Assembly (NCBI RefSeq): GCF_009914755.1
Contig: NC_060932.1
Reading direction: 5' to 3' (one strand)
Source of the DNA: the human T2T-CHM13v2.0 reference genome, Homo sapiens
Length of the DNA: 64,000 nt
Below the pieces are notes generated by a model. The model was not told the DNA's origin. It saw nothing but the letters and a program-made list of their open reading frames with translations, and searched no databases. Numbering within the stretch: position 1 is the first letter of the stretch; every line of letters begins with the position of its first letter. Of the stretch, positions 1 through 16,024 are shown one piece after another. Both the position numbers and the translations under genes were made by a program.

Positions 1-102
1 TTCTAGAGACGGCAGCGGCTGTTCATACTTCAAAGGTTGTCTCTTTACACGTCTTCTCTGCCCTCCTTTTACAAAGTTTGAACAATTCTATTAAAGAGTT
101 CA

Positions 103-405
103 GGCCGGGTGCGGTGGCTCATATCTGTAATCCCAGCACTTTGGGAGACTGAGGTGGGTGGATCACCTGAGGTCAGGAGTTCCAGACCAGCCTGGCCAAC
201 ATGGTGAAACCTCATCTCTATTAAAAATACAAAAATTAGCCTGGCGTGATGGCGCATGCCTCTAATCCCAGCTACTTGGGAGGCTGAGGTAGGACAATCA
301 CTTGAACCTGGGATGTGGAGGTTTCAGTGAGCCAAGATTGCACCACTGCACTCCAGCCTGGGCAATGAGAGCAAAACTCAGTCTCAAAAAAAAAAAAAAA
401 AAAAA
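103..405 (+). mobile_element. Alu SINE (AluS, Sq-like), full length
   Basis: GGCCGGGTGCGGTGGCTCA start, dimeric Alu body, 20-nt poly(A); TSD aaagagttca (93-102) / aaagaggtca (403-412). Confidence 0.97.
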
Positions 406-831
406 GAGGTCAGCATTGTCTAAATATCAATTAACCTGGGTGAATATGAACATGCGATCAAAGCGAATCTTCTTAAACCCCTGAGAAACAGATTCCTATT
501 ACTGCATTACAAAGAGAATTATGGTAGTGTTGACCATGGCCTTGTGAAAAAGTCAGACAGTCTCAAAACTGTCAACCAAGAAGGCAGCTCAGTTACCTTT
601 GGGGGCATCTACAGTTGCAATTTTGAATATTTTTCCAACATTGTTCTTTCCTGATTACCTGTCTTATTATATCTGGGTCTTGGCAGGAGAATACATTCAT
701 GACTTAATAGATCTTTTTATATTTCATTTAGAGACCCTTCCATTTGACTTATCAAAGTCAAGTATATTTGATTTCCTTAACACTGTATTTTATTATTAAT
801 TGTATCTGTGTGTATCCATATTAAAGTCTTC

Positions 832-1136
<305 letters not shown>

Positions 1137-2844
1137 TTATAAGAAGTATCCTCATGTTTACTAAGAGGATACAAAATGAAAGTATAAAAATCTCCATTGT
1201 TTTTAAACATTTTATCACAAAGGTCATAATAGGGTAATCTCAATTTCTTAGCCTGTGTGAGCCTCTGTTTATTTCCTCTGAGACTTAAATGAGACAATAT
1301 GATACTTTACCCTGGAAAATCATGAATGATAAAGAGCAAAGTGTGCTGATTAGAGTATTTTTCTCAACCTCTATTGCCCTTTTGGGTTCTTTTCTCAAAG
1401 AATTACACACACGGAGCTGCATTCTTCTATGAAGAGCTCATAAATAGAATGATTTCCCAACAATATTGAATCACCAAAGGGTGAAAACCTGATTCTATTC
1501 TGATCCCAGAAAATAAGTAACGGTTGCTTTTCTGTTAGTGAATGGAAATAAAATGGTTAAAATGTAATAAAACACCTCTGATCCTTCTCATTTTGTAAAA
1601 GCAAAATGAGAAAGGAACACTTAGACTATGCCAGAAAGAGAATAGGATGTGGGCTTAAAGATGAAAGAAACCCTAGAAAAGAAATTATTAGAATAATGAG
1701 GAGGTCAAGAAAAGATCCACATGAACACACACGAACAAAAACAGATGAACTTGTTTAAATCACAGAACAATGAGCATGTATTGCCCAGAAAAATGGAGGT
1801 AACTAGAACTCAAACAAATATCATAGAGCATTTGAGGAAAAGACAGAAAACTTGTTAGGCACAGATTGAAGGAAAGGACATTCTAGGAAGGAGAAATAAC
1901 AGAAATGCTATATAAATTTAGCTATAGTGCTGCATTTATATAGCATTTTACTGTTTCAAACCATTTTCATATTATCCCATTTATTCTCCAAAAGAGCCAT
2001 AAAATAGAGAGTTTATTTATTCACTTGCCTCGTTAAAATGGATTCCAGAGGCTTAGTATGGGATGTCGAGTATGACGAGACTAATAAGAAAAGTGAGGCA
2101 AAAGAAAAAATAAAACAAAAATAGATATTATGTGAAGTCAGAAATGAATAGTTATTAATGATATTATTAACATTACATTATTAAATATTCTTAGATTAAT
2201 ATTATTCTGATGCTAAATTATTATTATTAGTGCTCTATTACCCCCAACAAGGTCAAATGAGTCCCAGGTCAACTAAAGAGTGGCAGATTCTAGACTTAGA
2301 ATCATTTAACTGGTGTTCTTTCTTTTAAAATCATCAGCAATTACTAAGGGGGGGCAGTCCCTAAAAATAACAGATAAAAAAAGCAGCCTGCAAGCTCTCA
2401 AAGAAATTTTGAGTTTTTTGCAGATTTACTTCTGTATGCATTTTCTACAACCACTTGAATAATGGATCATCGCACAGTAGTTGCTCTAAATCAATGTAAG
2501 ATTGTCTTAGGAGAGAATCTTGTGAAACCAGAAGGATCTGCGGGTTACTTACCTCTCCTCTCATTCTTTTGTAGATTTCTCCCTAGACCAGAGGTTATTT
2601 TGGGGCTTTCTCATGAATACAGATAACTGTGCAGTACTCTCTAGGGTTTTGGTAGCTTTGCGAAGTAATTAAATAGTAATGCTCCTGAGATGCCGCTACT
2701 GGGCAGTGACTGGGGGAGTAAGATCAGGGGTGAGGTTTGTGATCTTGAGGAGGATAATAATGCATTCAATGATGAAACATAAGGAGGCAGCCTGAGAGGC
2801 GGATTAAAGGGAAGGGCTTCGAATGAGAATGCTACACACAAGCC

Positions 2845-3040
2845 CAAATCTGCTACTTAGCATATGTTTGTGGGCAAGTTACTGTTCCTCTCTGCTATTA
2901 CCCTTTATCCCATGCAAAATTGAGATAATAGCCATTACTGCCTTGTGCAGTGGATATAAAAATTAAATGAGATAAAGCATGAAAACATTTAGAAGAGGGC
3001 TTGATACATAGTGCTGGAAAAGAAAAAAAGCTCTATTATG
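2845..3040 (+). mobile_element. MIR SINE fragment
   Basis: Matches MIR core: gggcaagttac...ctctctg...aaaattgagataatag...attaaatgagataa. Confidence 0.7.
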
Positions 3041-4734
3041 ATTTCACAAGTGCTGGAAGTGACTTTCTGATAAAAGGGCTTTAATTGACTTCCTTTATCT
3101 CTTCAACCTGCTGACTTATGGTAACGGCATACAGACTGTGCACAGGGAGGCCCTTGTGTCAGAGAGGCATCTGCCCATCACCCAGCCCTTCCCACTGACT
3201 AGCAAAGCAGGTGGGCTGCATTTAACAAAGAATACAGGAAGGAAGCAAAACCTCCCAAAGAAACCAATTGACTAAAACTTCGCACTTAAAGACACCACTT
3301 TGAACACATGTAAAAGCCAAACCCAAAACAGATTTAGTTTGAAGGGTTGTGTATAACCCATAAAGAGGAGCAAAGCAATCTTTTCAATAGACTACTGGCC
3401 TGCCTAGTATATTTGCTTCCCAAAGAAGGAGAAGCTCACTCAAGAGCCTCAAGTCCTTCACTCAGCACCATTTCTGCTATTGGAGGGCCACAAGTATACT
3501 GCTACAGCCAAAACCAGGAGATTGACCTTCCAGAACAGACCTCAGAATGTGCACATCCAGGAGATGGAATAGAAGGGCACTGATCGTGGATCTTCCTAAT
3601 CCACCTCCCTTCCCTTCTCTCACCTATGCATCTTCCCAGGAAGTCATCTCTGCACGAAAGATAAATTGAAATGTATTGTACAGTGTTCATTATTACTATT
3701 TTAAGAGCTATTTAATTGCCACTTTAAGGTCTTTGACATTCTCTTTTCCAGTCTTTCTGTTTTATTTATCTGAATGTTTAAATATATATTAAGAACTTTC
3801 AAAAATACACCTGCCCTCAGGTGAATTCTCAGTTCCCTCATATTCCTCAACCATGAATTATTCTACTACAAGAGCTTTGTGAATTCTAATGCTGATGGCT
3901 GAGGAAGGATTTCTGTACTTTTTATGTGTACTTTCTTGGATCAAGAATAAAACCTTGAAATGAAATTAATGTTGTAAATGAGCTTTGTCATAACCTTCCT
4001 AGATGGAAAATACTTAACTCTATGACAATATAGACTCTGGCAGTTACCCAGATTATATTTAACCAAGGTTGATAAACACCCATGATATCTTCATGGTACT
4101 CCTTGTTATTATTGTCAGGCCACCACTCTCTTCATATGAGTGTCATAGGGAAGGCAGGCTTTTAAAGTTTGAATATTATCTGAAGACTAACAGAGACAGA
4201 ACACAGTAGGGGGATGGTCATGCTTGATTTTGTTTACCACATATTCTAATTTGGTATTATCAGTGTAAGTAATATCTAAATCATGACTTGGATATATTGC
4301 ACTCTATCCAAAAAATCCTAAAAGAGTCCCCCATGATCTTTTTAGTTTTATTTTCTTGAAGCTAATACAAAGCATTTTCATCATGTCAATAAGCATCATG
4401 AAGCTCTTACAAGGATGTCTAATTAATGATTGATTAATACCGAACTCAGAGAAGCTGCATGTGCTACCAAACAGCTCATTTGCACGGCAGTGCTAGGGCT
4501 ACATGGGAAAAGTAGTGACTTACAAGATACTAATTATTCCTTTTGTTAATATGGCACATTATGGCTTACAAGGAAATTTCACATACACTATTGCATTTGT
4601 CCTGAAACAATCCATGAAGTGAATAATAGGTAGACCATTTCATTTCTTGATTGAGCAGTCAGTTGTTGCTAGACAGTCCCAAGCAGCATTGAAGGTACAT
4701 AACAGAGATTAATTCTGAATTTGGTTGTGTTATA

Positions 4735-5540
<806 letters not shown>

Positions 5541-5734
5541 TATTTGAGTTGTTTGAGCTATGATGATATAATGTGGTGAAGAGGCTCTTAAAACTGAATG
5601 AATTTACCCAACAGTTCAACATTCACATCCTGATGCAACTTGTGGTTTGCTTAATGCCAAGATGGTTATTCCCATTAAGGATCTGAAGGGTAACTTAAAT
5701 TTTAATGTTATGTGGATGTGGTGGAGGGTAGGGA

Positions 5735-5880
5735 GCTGGAAAGGTCAGGAGAAAGGGATTACAAAGGGGTAGGTAGAAACTGTGGGGTTGATAGTTATGG
5801 TCATTATCTTTACTGTGGTGGTGATGGTTTCACAGGTATGTCGAAACATCACAATTGTATATCAATTAAATATTAAACAT
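5735..5880 (+). mobile_element. Old L1 (L1MD/ME-like) 3' fragment
   Basis: gggattacaaagggg...gtcattatcttta.tgtggtg...gatggtttcacaggtatg resembles L1M 3' ends. Confidence 0.6.
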
Positions 5881-7164
5881 ATTAATCTGTTCATTAAAAA
5901 TTTTACTGTTATGATATATTAAAACTTGAAAGATAAATAATACGATAGAACAGAATTTCCAGTAGTGAGGATTTATGAAGGCCTCATGACACATCCCTCT
6001 CCAAAGTCAAGGTTCTGGTGTGCTATCCCTTTCCATAGGTAGAGAGCTGAGGCTCCATGGAGTTAACTAATTCGCCTCAGGACGAACGTTAGTGAAGTCA
6101 GGGCTTGGGCCTGACACTGATTCCTAAGCTCCTAAACTACTGATCTTTACACAACACCAAGCCAAGAACTGAACATAGCTCTGACAATCCAAAAAGCCTG
6201 TTAGGAGGAATTCAGCTGGTTCAGGACAAGGAGTAGCCCTAGGACAAATTGTGGAGTAATGAAACATTGATCTTCAGGGCATATAAAATCAGTCCATCCA
6301 CACGTCTCCTCCTTAGTACTTTCTCATTGATCTTCTCTTACCTAAACAACCTCAGTGCAGCCAGCTTTCTTCCCAGAATCCCTTGTTGTAATGCTTCACC
6401 TTGATCAACCCACTGTGCCCTGCAAAAAGACTTCTTCATGTCCTATCTTATTTCTTCATGATCTTATCCTTTGCTATAAAGAAAAATAGTTCTTTATCTG
6501 AAAAACTCATCTACCGCAAAAGTCTAACTGGTGAAAATAGTCACCTGTCCTCCCAAAGATATTTACACCTTTAAAGGATTTACAAACAGTCAGTACAGTC
6601 ACCCAAGCAAGAGAATTTTTGTCTTAATGGTGGAAATTTTAGTTACCTGATAAATAATTTTAAAAGATTTGCTTTTTTCTGTCATGAAACAATGACCACC
6701 TATCCATTTATGGGTAAGTGATGAGCCTAATTAATCTGTGAATGTCCATCTGTTTCCAGTCCTGGAAGGCAATCCTCTACACTAAGTTAAACCTAACTCC
6801 ATCAAATGGATGGTCCTCTAGCTCTTATTTAGGAGCAAGATCAAACTGAAGAAATAGTACTTAGTGTCGGGCATTCAACAAGTACCAGTTGAATTGAAAG
6901 GTGGATTCTTGGCAAAAATATACTTAGAAAACGATGTCTTCCTTTCAGATCATTCTCTAGAATTTGAGTTCCTGATAAATCCTGGCATTGTAATGAATGC
7001 TTAAAGAATAGAATGTTCTTTTGATTTATCCCTTATTTCACTGAGCCTCTGAAAGGCACAATGTGATGGGTAGTTCAAATCTGAGGTCACTAACACATTC
7101 CCGAGTAGTAGATATCTTATTATGTTGATTGACTGATGGCCTCCATGTTTTTTGTTTAACACAA

Positions 7165-7460
<296 letters not shown>

Positions 7461-9124
7461 TGTTTTTTATTTAAAACAAATATATAACAGAGATGAAGTC
7501 CCAACACTATAGAGGTTGGCTTGTACTTTTGTCCTCTAAGAAGGAAAAGCAGAGTTCTTTCCTGGACAGTACAGAGCAGAGGGTACATCCAGCCCCTCCA
7601 CAGGTTGTAAGCCAGGCTGTCAGACCTGCATGAAGGGTTTATAGTCCAGAAGGCTGTCCTCCTCAGATCTTGGATTAACTACAAGATTATAAGAGTAGCA
7701 GTGAAGACACTAAAGAAATTATTGCCCGGAGCATCCATGTTAATTCAATTTAACATGAGAGTTTTAAAAATCTAGAAGATATAGAGATACATAATTATAC
7801 ATTCAGCCCTAGAAACAAATATGCTAAAGCCTTTATATTACAGCAGCCTGTTAATATGGCTCTACTAAGTCCAAAGTAAATGGGACTTAAGAATCATTTC
7901 TATTTCCTCTAAAGATAGAGTGGGTTTTTCTCATAACATTCAGTCCTCTGATATTACTTGACATCTTATATTCATAGTCAAGCTCTCTGGAAATTATAAT
8001 GGAGAGTTTCTGGTTTATCAATTTTACCACTAAGAGAGGTAGACAGTAAGCAAACATCCCATCCTCATCATGCTGTCTTTGTCATTTTCACACTGGCCCT
8101 CTGTTCCATTTTTTTTTCCTCTTATTTAGAGGCTATAGAGGTTCCAAACTTGGAAATAAAGACTTGCAGGCAGAAGATTTGAAGCATTTTTTCTTCTCAC
8201 ACTGTGATCAGTTAGAGCTCTTCATCTATTTGTATAATCCATAAGACCACAGCCAGGATGCTAAGTTCTGCATAATGACATATTTCCAGGTCTTCAAATT
8301 CTACTATGGCCTTGTGCTCCTCTCTCTCTCTCTTTCTCTTTCTCAGCTAATTAAGCTTTTACTAGAAGTAGAATAAAGGAGATGAATTACCTGCCCATTT
8401 TAATCATTAATGCCTAGCTTTGGCTGTGCTTTTGAAAAGCTATCTCCTTTCTTCTCCCTTGCGAATGGCCCACCAGACCAGTATTTGGCATGTTTCAAAC
8501 AAGTAGCTGGCAAATTTCATTCCATTTAAAAAAAGAAGAAAGGGAAACACTCACGTGTTGTCCTTAGAGTGTTCTGGCTTTGCTGCTTACAGAATTATAT
8601 TACTGTCTAGAACCCATCCACTCTCCTATTTTCCTGGAAGATTAGTTCAAATCTTCTCTTGTCAATTAAAATGCATACCTCCTCCACCATCCTCACTTTC
8701 ACCTAATGACATTACTTCCCACTTCACTCAGAAAAGTGACCTTCCATGGACTTCCACACCACATCCCCTGTCTTCCCAGCTATTGGTGGATCAGCTTCTC
8801 ATGTTTCTATCTAAAATCATGTCCTCAACATGGGCACTGGATCCACCGGATGGAGAGCATGGGCTTTCCATCTGCTCCAGGACTTCATTCCTAAATTATC
8901 TTTCCTCTCCTGCATCATCCCTTTTTCAGTCTCTACTGGATCATTCCCATCAGCATACTAACCTCTCATCTTAGAAAAGAAAAAGTAAAATATTATCTTG
9001 ACTCTACTTCCCTGACAAAATTGCACCTAATTTCTTTGTTATTCTTTGTAGCACATCTTCTTGAAAGAGATATCCATACTGTTTTCCATTTCTCTCTTCT
9101 CATTATCTCCTAAGATCCACTCCA

Positions 9125-9710
9125 GAACTATCATTTGACCCAGCAATCTCATTTCTAGTTATATACCCAAATGAATATAAATTGTTCTACCATAAATACA
9201 TATGCATGCATATGTCCATTACAGCACTATTCACAATAGCAAAACCATGGAATCAGCTTAAATGCCCATCAATGTTAGACCAGATAAAGAAAATGTGGTA
9301 CATATACACCACGGAATACTGTGCAGCCATAAAGAAAAACCAAGATCATGTCCTTTGCAGGAACATGGGTGAGGCTAGGGGGCCATTATCCTTAGCAAAA
9401 TAACACAGGAACAGAAAACCAAATACTTTATGTTTTCACTCATAAGTGGGAGCTAAATGATGAGAACATATGGACACGAAGAGGGAAACAACAGACACTG
9501 GGATCTACCTGAGGATGGAGGGTGGGAGAAGGGAGGGAATTCGGAAAAATCACTACTGAGTACTAACTAGGCTTAGTACCTTGGTGACAAAATAATCTGT
9601 ACAACAAACCCCCATGAAATGAGTTTACCTATGTAGTAAACCTGCACATGTACCCCTAAACCTAAAATTTAAAAAAAAAGGAAAAAGAGAACTATTAAAA
9701 AATTAAAAAA
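9125..9710 (+). mobile_element. L1 3' end (L1PA15/16-like) nested in L2
   Basis: L1 3'UTR plus A-rich tail; TSD-like aagatccactcca / aaaacccacttca; the 9182-9403 ORF is an L1 ORF2 C-terminal remnant (ALFTIAKPWNQ..CPS). Confidence 0.9.
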
Positions 9711-10540
9711 TAAAACCCACTTCAATCAGCATTCACCACCATCCCACTCCTCCAAAACTGCTCTTATTAAGGTCAACATGACCTCCATATTACTGAATCC
9801 AATGGTGAGTTCTCAGTCCTCTTCCTACTTGACAGATTAGTAGAATTTCATCCAGATACTCATGGTTTCCTTCTTGATACACTCTCTTCACTTGGCTTCC
9901 AGGACACCACACTGTGCTTTTCTTCTATATCACCAGTGACTTCTCTATGTCTTTTTCCAGGTTTTTCTCTTCTATATAAGACTTTAATATGTTAATACTC
10001 TGGGGTTTCGTCTTTGGTCTTCTTCTCTTCTTTACCTACCTTCACTACATTGATGATCTGATTGAGTCTCATTGCTTTAAATATCACCTACATTCTAATT
10101 TCTCTCAAATGTGTATTTTAAACCCAGAGCTGCCTCGCAAACACCAAACTTATATATCCACTGCTTCCTCAGCATGTCCACTTGCATGTCTACATTTATG
10201 TCAAACCCAGTGTCACCAAAACTGAAATTGATCTTCCCTACACCCCAAAGGAGCACGTACAGCTTTCCTCATCTCTGTCAATGATAATTTTCATCCTACC
10301 AATAATCCATGCCAAAAATCCTGGAGTTATCTTTGACTTCACACTTTCTCTTATTTCATACTTCCAATCTGTGAGCAAATCCTTTAGCTTTAAAATGCAT
10401 CCAGAATTAACCACTTCTCACCACCTCCATTCCTATCACCCAAGCACAAATAACCTTCATCTCTTGTTTAAAGCATTGTAATTGCCTGCTAACAGGACCT
10501 CCTGCCTCCACCCTTGCCTCCTATCAGTTTACTTGCAGTC

Positions 10541-10970
10541 TGTCTTAGTCTGTTTTGTGTTGCTATAACAGAAAACCTGAGCCTGGGCAATTTATAAAGA
10601 AAAGAGGTTTGTTTGGCTCACAATTCGGGTGGCTGAAAGGTTCAGGAGTGGGCAGCTGCATCTGGTGAAGGCCTCTCTCATGCTATTTTCACTTATAGTG
10701 GAAAGTGGAAGGGGAGTGGACGTGTGCAATGACATCACATGGTGAGAGAAGAAGCGAGAGGGAGAAATGAAGAAGACAACCCGCTCCTGCAAGAACAATT
10801 CATTCCCCTGAATTCACTCACCCCTGAGGGAAGACACTGATTTATTCACAAAGGATCCGCACTCATGATCCAAACACCTCCCACTATGCCCCACCCCCCA
10901 ACACTAACACATTGAGAATGAAATTTCAATCTGAATTTTGGCAGGGACAAACCACATCCAAATCATAGCA
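10541..10970 (-). mobile_element. MaLR solo LTR (MST family)
   Basis: tgtcttagtctgttttgtgttgctataacag ... ccaaatcatagca termini, typical of an antisense MST. Confidence 0.85.
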
Positions 10971-12269
10971 TAATCCAACATCCAGAGTATTCTTAGAAGG
11001 TAAATCAGATCATGTCACTTCTCTGCTAAAACTTTGTGATGACTCCCATTTCATAGGAGTAAAAGTCATGATCCTTACAAACACCTATAAACTACCACCT
11101 GATCTGACCTCTCTGACCTCAACTGCTACCACTCTCTGTCTCCCTCATTGTACACCAGACATCCTAACCTCCTTGTTCTTCAAACATGCCAGGCTGAGAA
11201 CCTTTGCTCTGGTTGTTCCATCTGTCCAAATGTTCTTCCTCCAGCTCCTTCTTAGTTAATTCCCTCTCCTTCTTTATATCTTTACACAAACCTCACACTT
11301 CAATGAGGTCTACCCTAATCACACTATGTAAAACTGCAAGCTACTTTTTCACTTCATCATCATTCTCTATCCCTTTACTCTGCTTTCTTCTCCATAGCCC
11401 TATCACCTTCTAACAAGCTTTATACTTCATTTATTATATCTTTTGGTTATTGTCTGCCTCCCTCAGCTAGAATATAGCTCTAGGGGGAAGGGATTGTTGC
11501 CTTTTTTTTCTCTGATGAATTCCAAGTGCCAAGAACAGTGCCTGGCACATAGCAGAGACTCAATAAATATTTGGTGAATGAATGAATGTAGCTAAATGCA
11601 CTTAGTGACATGGAAATATATCTTGCTATCATATTATTATGTGGGTCATATGATCTTGTAACTTTATCCATAGCAGCCAACTTGTGATGGATGCTGCCCC
11701 AAATATAGCTAAACATAAGGAAGTTCAATGACTTATAAGGAAACCTGACAGAAAATTCCACCTACTAGAACTAGTCTGTATTGAAGAGTGTCCAAACTAG
11801 CCAACCCAGTTGCCTATAGATTGCAACTCAGAATACTAATCTTACAGACAAAGAAACTGTATAGAAGACAAATGAAAAATATGCTAAGAGAAAACAGTTA
11901 GTAAAAAGTCTAAAGTAAATAGAAGCCATGAGACAATAAGTCAGTAATAGATTAAGAAAGCAGCAAATAGAATCCAAGACCCAAGAATGGTAGCCTCAGA
12001 GTTCTATCTTAGACTGAAATCACTGTGGTCTCTTGAACAGAGATCCAGTTCTCCACAAAACCTGACATTGCTAGGACTCTTAGGTTATTTCTCCATCCTC
12101 ATAAAAAAAAATCCCCATCAGCTCAGGCAACCTGAGTGTGTCTTTGTTTCCTATGGCTTAAATCTGCTAATTAATACATGAAGGCATCAAATCCTTGTTG
12201 GCCTCCTTGTACCCACCTAGCTCTGTGCACTATGCTAAAGCAACTCTCAACTGGACACCAGGAGACAGG

Positions 12270-12515
12270 ACAATGGGTTGATGAGGAATGTGAGCTCTGG
12301 AGCCAGCCTGACTGAATTTTAATCCCAGCTCTGCCACTATTCAATTGCATGAATGTAGATGCATTATTTAATCCCTTTATGCCTTGGTTTCTTTTTAAAA
12401 TGGAACTATATTATGATGTACCTTTAAATTTGTAGTAATTAGAAGTTTACATATAACATGCTTAGAGCAATATCTGGAACACATTGAGTGCTCAATAAGT
12501 GTTAGTTACTATTAT
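12270..12515 (+). mobile_element. MIR SINE, near full length
   Basis: gagctctggagccagcctgactg...aatcccagctctgccact...gtgctcaataagtgttagttactatt. Confidence 0.85.
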
Positions 12516-12625
12516 TCTCTAGAGCAGTGCTACCCAATGGGAATATGAGAGCTGATATGTAATGTTGAAATTTTTGTAACCACATTTAAAGAGTACATTG
12601 GAATAGTGGGAGTTTTTCTTAATAA

Positions 12626-13012
<387 letters not shown>

Positions 13013-13026
13013 TAAAAATTATTAAT

Positions 13027-13163
13027 GCCCACGCACGGTGTCATGCACCTGTAGCCCCAGCTGCTCAAAAGGCTGAAGTGTGAGGATTGTTTGAGCCCAG
13101 GAGTTTGAATGCAGCCTGGGCAACATAGCAAGACACCATCACAAAAAATATAAATAAATAAAA
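13027..13163 (+). mobile_element. Alu monomer (FLAM-like)
   Basis: Single ~135 bp arm ending cagcctgggcaacatagcaagacaccatc plus A-rich tail. Confidence 0.85.
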
Positions 13164-14011
13164 ATCAGTAACTATTTTATATTCTTGTTTTTGTAGTAAG
13201 TCTTCAAACTCCAGTGTGTATTTTATACTTATAGTACATCTCACTCCAGACTAGGCAGATTGTTAAGTGCTCAAGAGCCACAGATAGATCGTGGTTACAA
13301 GAGAAGACACCCAGGGTAGAAGTGCCTCCTTTGCCTTTCAGAACCTAGATTCTAGGTTATAATAGCTCCTAACAATACATGCCATTTTTATTAAAACTAG
13401 GGTAGAAGTCCCAAGATTCAACCCATCACCAGTGGCAGAATCAGAAAATTAACGGGCAACTTGAATGTATAAAGCCCTACACCTAATCTCTTCAAGTGGA
13501 GCAGGTTAATCCATCCTTTTCCTAGCATTCTGCCATCATCCATTCTTTCCAAGCATTTCTTTCCTTTCATTTGATTCATGTTCTAATTCATATATCAATT
13601 TGTACTTTCAGTCTCTTTCTCTGGCTTTTCTCATCATCATCATTTTCAGAAGATGAGATATGGAATCAGATGACAGCTGGTAAGGGAAGGATCAGGAAGG
13701 GGAGCAAAAGGAATGATTTTTCTAAGATACAAAGTCAGAAGCTCAACAAAACACTGGTAGTGAAAGTATTACTAGCTGATGTGTGGGGTGATAGAGGGTG
13801 AGAAGAGGGGTATAAAATCCATCAATTTATCTCCCCCTTTACTGCCGCTCCCTTATCAGGTCCCCATCCCTCTCCATTGGAGAATAGCACCAGCCTCCCG
13901 CTCAGAATGTCAAAGCCACTGGGAATAAACTTCTCTCCCTTTCATTTAGCTCATTATCTCCAGGGACTAGAATAATATGGGCATCTAGTAAGCACTCATT
14001 AAATAATTAGT

Positions 14012-14215
14012 GAAGGCAGGAAAAAAGGAAGGAGGGAAGGAAGAAAGAAGGAGGGAAGGAAAGGAGGAAGGAAGGAAAAAAGGAAGGAAATTAAGGAAAG
14101 GAAAGGAGAGGAGAGGAGAGGAGAAAAGGGAGGATGGGAGGGAGGGAGGAAAGAAGGAAGGAAGGAAGGAAGCAAGGAAGAAAGGAAGGAAGGAAGGCAG
14201 GCAGGCAGGCAGGCT
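14012..14215 (+). repeat. Polypurine (GGAA/GGGA/GAGGA/GGCA)n low-complexity tract
   Basis: ~200 bp almost entirely A/G, following an L2-type 3' end. Confidence 0.95.
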
Positions 14216-14289
14216 AGTTTCACCTTTGTCTTTCCTTCAATCCATTCCCTTTTTATTAATGCTCAAATTCAATCCTACAGTCAGAAAGA

Positions 14290-14765
14290 TATGCTTGATC
14301 TTGCCCACTGCCTATATCTTCCATTCTGCTTTCACTCACTCTTCTCTCATCACTATGTTCTAACCAAACTGCCTCTTTTTAGTTCCTAGGACTTGCTGAG
14401 ATGATCACTGTCTTAGAGCGTTTATTTTGCTGTTGTGTTTGGAATGCTCTCACTAACTTCTTGTCCTTGAAGTTGCATCTTAAACATTACCATTTAAGAT
14501 AGGCCTTACTTGATCCCTACCCCATTGTTCTTTATGAGAGCTAGCTGTTTGTTTCCTTTGTTGGATGTTCTCATTTTATAATCAGGTATATATGGATTTG
14601 TTTACCTACTTATTAGTCTGTGGGCCTCCATTCCGTCACTCACTGATACTGAGCTCCATGAGGGGCAGGTGTCAGGTCTATTGCATTCACCTCTGTAAAC
14701 CCAATGTCCAGTACTGCACCTGGTACAGATTACATGCTCAATCCATAAAAGCTGAATACATGAAA
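14290..14765 (+). mobile_element. L2 fragment (3' region)
   Basis: tgagctccatgaggggcagg...ccagtactgcacctggtacag...gctcaat...tgaatacatgaa, L2-type end. Confidence 0.65.
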
Positions 14766-15179
14766 GAGTTACCTGACATACAAATTGCTTGTCTGGACTA
14801 ATGTACCTTATCATTTCCTTTAACTTTTAACCTGAACCCTTCTGGAAATGTGGAAGACATACTCAAGAGGCAGGGCTTGGAATTCCTGAGGAGCACCACT
14901 GTCCGAACACCTCTGGCAAGAGTGATGGTTCAGCAAGGCGTAGTCTAACTCTGGTGTGGTGTTTCTCTCGCTGTGGAGGAAATTTCCAGTGACATGATTC
15001 AATCCCCAAAACAGGGCACTTTGAAGACCAAATACACATTGTTCTGAGAGAATGTGAGAAACCACTAAATCCTCAAATAAGGCACCACACGAGTATTCCA
15101 ACAGGGAAATAATGACGATAAGAAATATTATCACGCTTTGGTTCACTCACCAATGTTTTGTCTCTTAAGGACATAACAA

Positions 15180-15420
15180 TAAAAACAATAAGAATGACTA
15201 ATTTTTCAAGTGCATTTACAATGTGCCATTCATTCTGCTAAACTGTTTACATGCATTATCTCATTTAATGCTCATAACAATCCTATAAAGTTGGAGTTAC
15301 AATTATATTCACTTTACAGGCAAAGAAAAATGGTGCCAGATTGTTTGATAAGTTGCCCATAAAACACTCAGCTGTTAAGTTGCAAGGCTAATATTTGAAT
15401 GCAAGTCTGATGATGCCAGT
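15180..15420 (-). mobile_element. MIR SINE
   Basis: tttacatgcattatctcatttaatgctcataacaatcctataa...actttacaggcaaagaaa: antisense MIR core. Confidence 0.85.
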
Positions 15421-16024
15421 ACTGATGGCCCTGTGCCTTCAGTCTAGCGTCCTGGAGTCTGAAACGGGAGATGGAAGACAGTAGCTTGAATACAGAGGGT
15501 GAAAGATTTTCCTCCCAACACAGGACTCATGTTGATCTTGACAGCAGGAACATAACTACTTGAGTGGTACACAGTGAACGTGGAGAGGGTGTGGTGGTCC
15601 CTCCCCAGAACAGGACAGGCTTTCTACTAAAGGATTGGGAGTAGCAAGAGTTGGGGAAGCAAGGGAAGCACAATCGAATGGCTAACAGTGCGATCTCTGA
15701 GCAAAAGGTCTCTTCTGTTATTTGGGGAAGCTCTCAGTCTAGCGATTCTGACCCAGGTCCTCCTGCTCAGACTCTGCATCCTTTTTCAGATGTCCCCTCT
15801 TTGTTCAGCTGTCCCTCTTTTCCCAATCTAGGGATGCCTCTATAAAGGGCCTGCTGGACAGCTGAGTGGTTTCCAAAGAAGACCAGAAATCAGTTCCACC
15901 ACAGAAAAGATCAGAGATTCCTTAAAATTGACCCAATCATGAAAGCAAGAGATTCTAGCCCCTAGCCTAAATTATTTTTTTAATCTTTTTTACTATTTTT
16001 TACCAAGACAATGGTAATAATGAT

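Larger units (their letters stand above)
8690..11588 (+). mobile_element. L2 LINE (long L2a-like remnant) interrupted by L1 and MST
   Basis: L2 body motifs (ctcttcacttggcttccaggacaccacact; cagatcatgtcacttctctgct) and canonical 3' end gtgcctggcacatag...ctcaataaatatttggtgaatgaatgaat. Confidence 0.88.

Noticed and set aside
14820-15151. 108-aa minus-strand ORF with signal-peptide-like N-terminus
   Set aside because: The start is GTG, not ATG, and is embedded in a donor-like TTG/GTGAGT. I recognise no homology and found no supporting acceptor or promoter.
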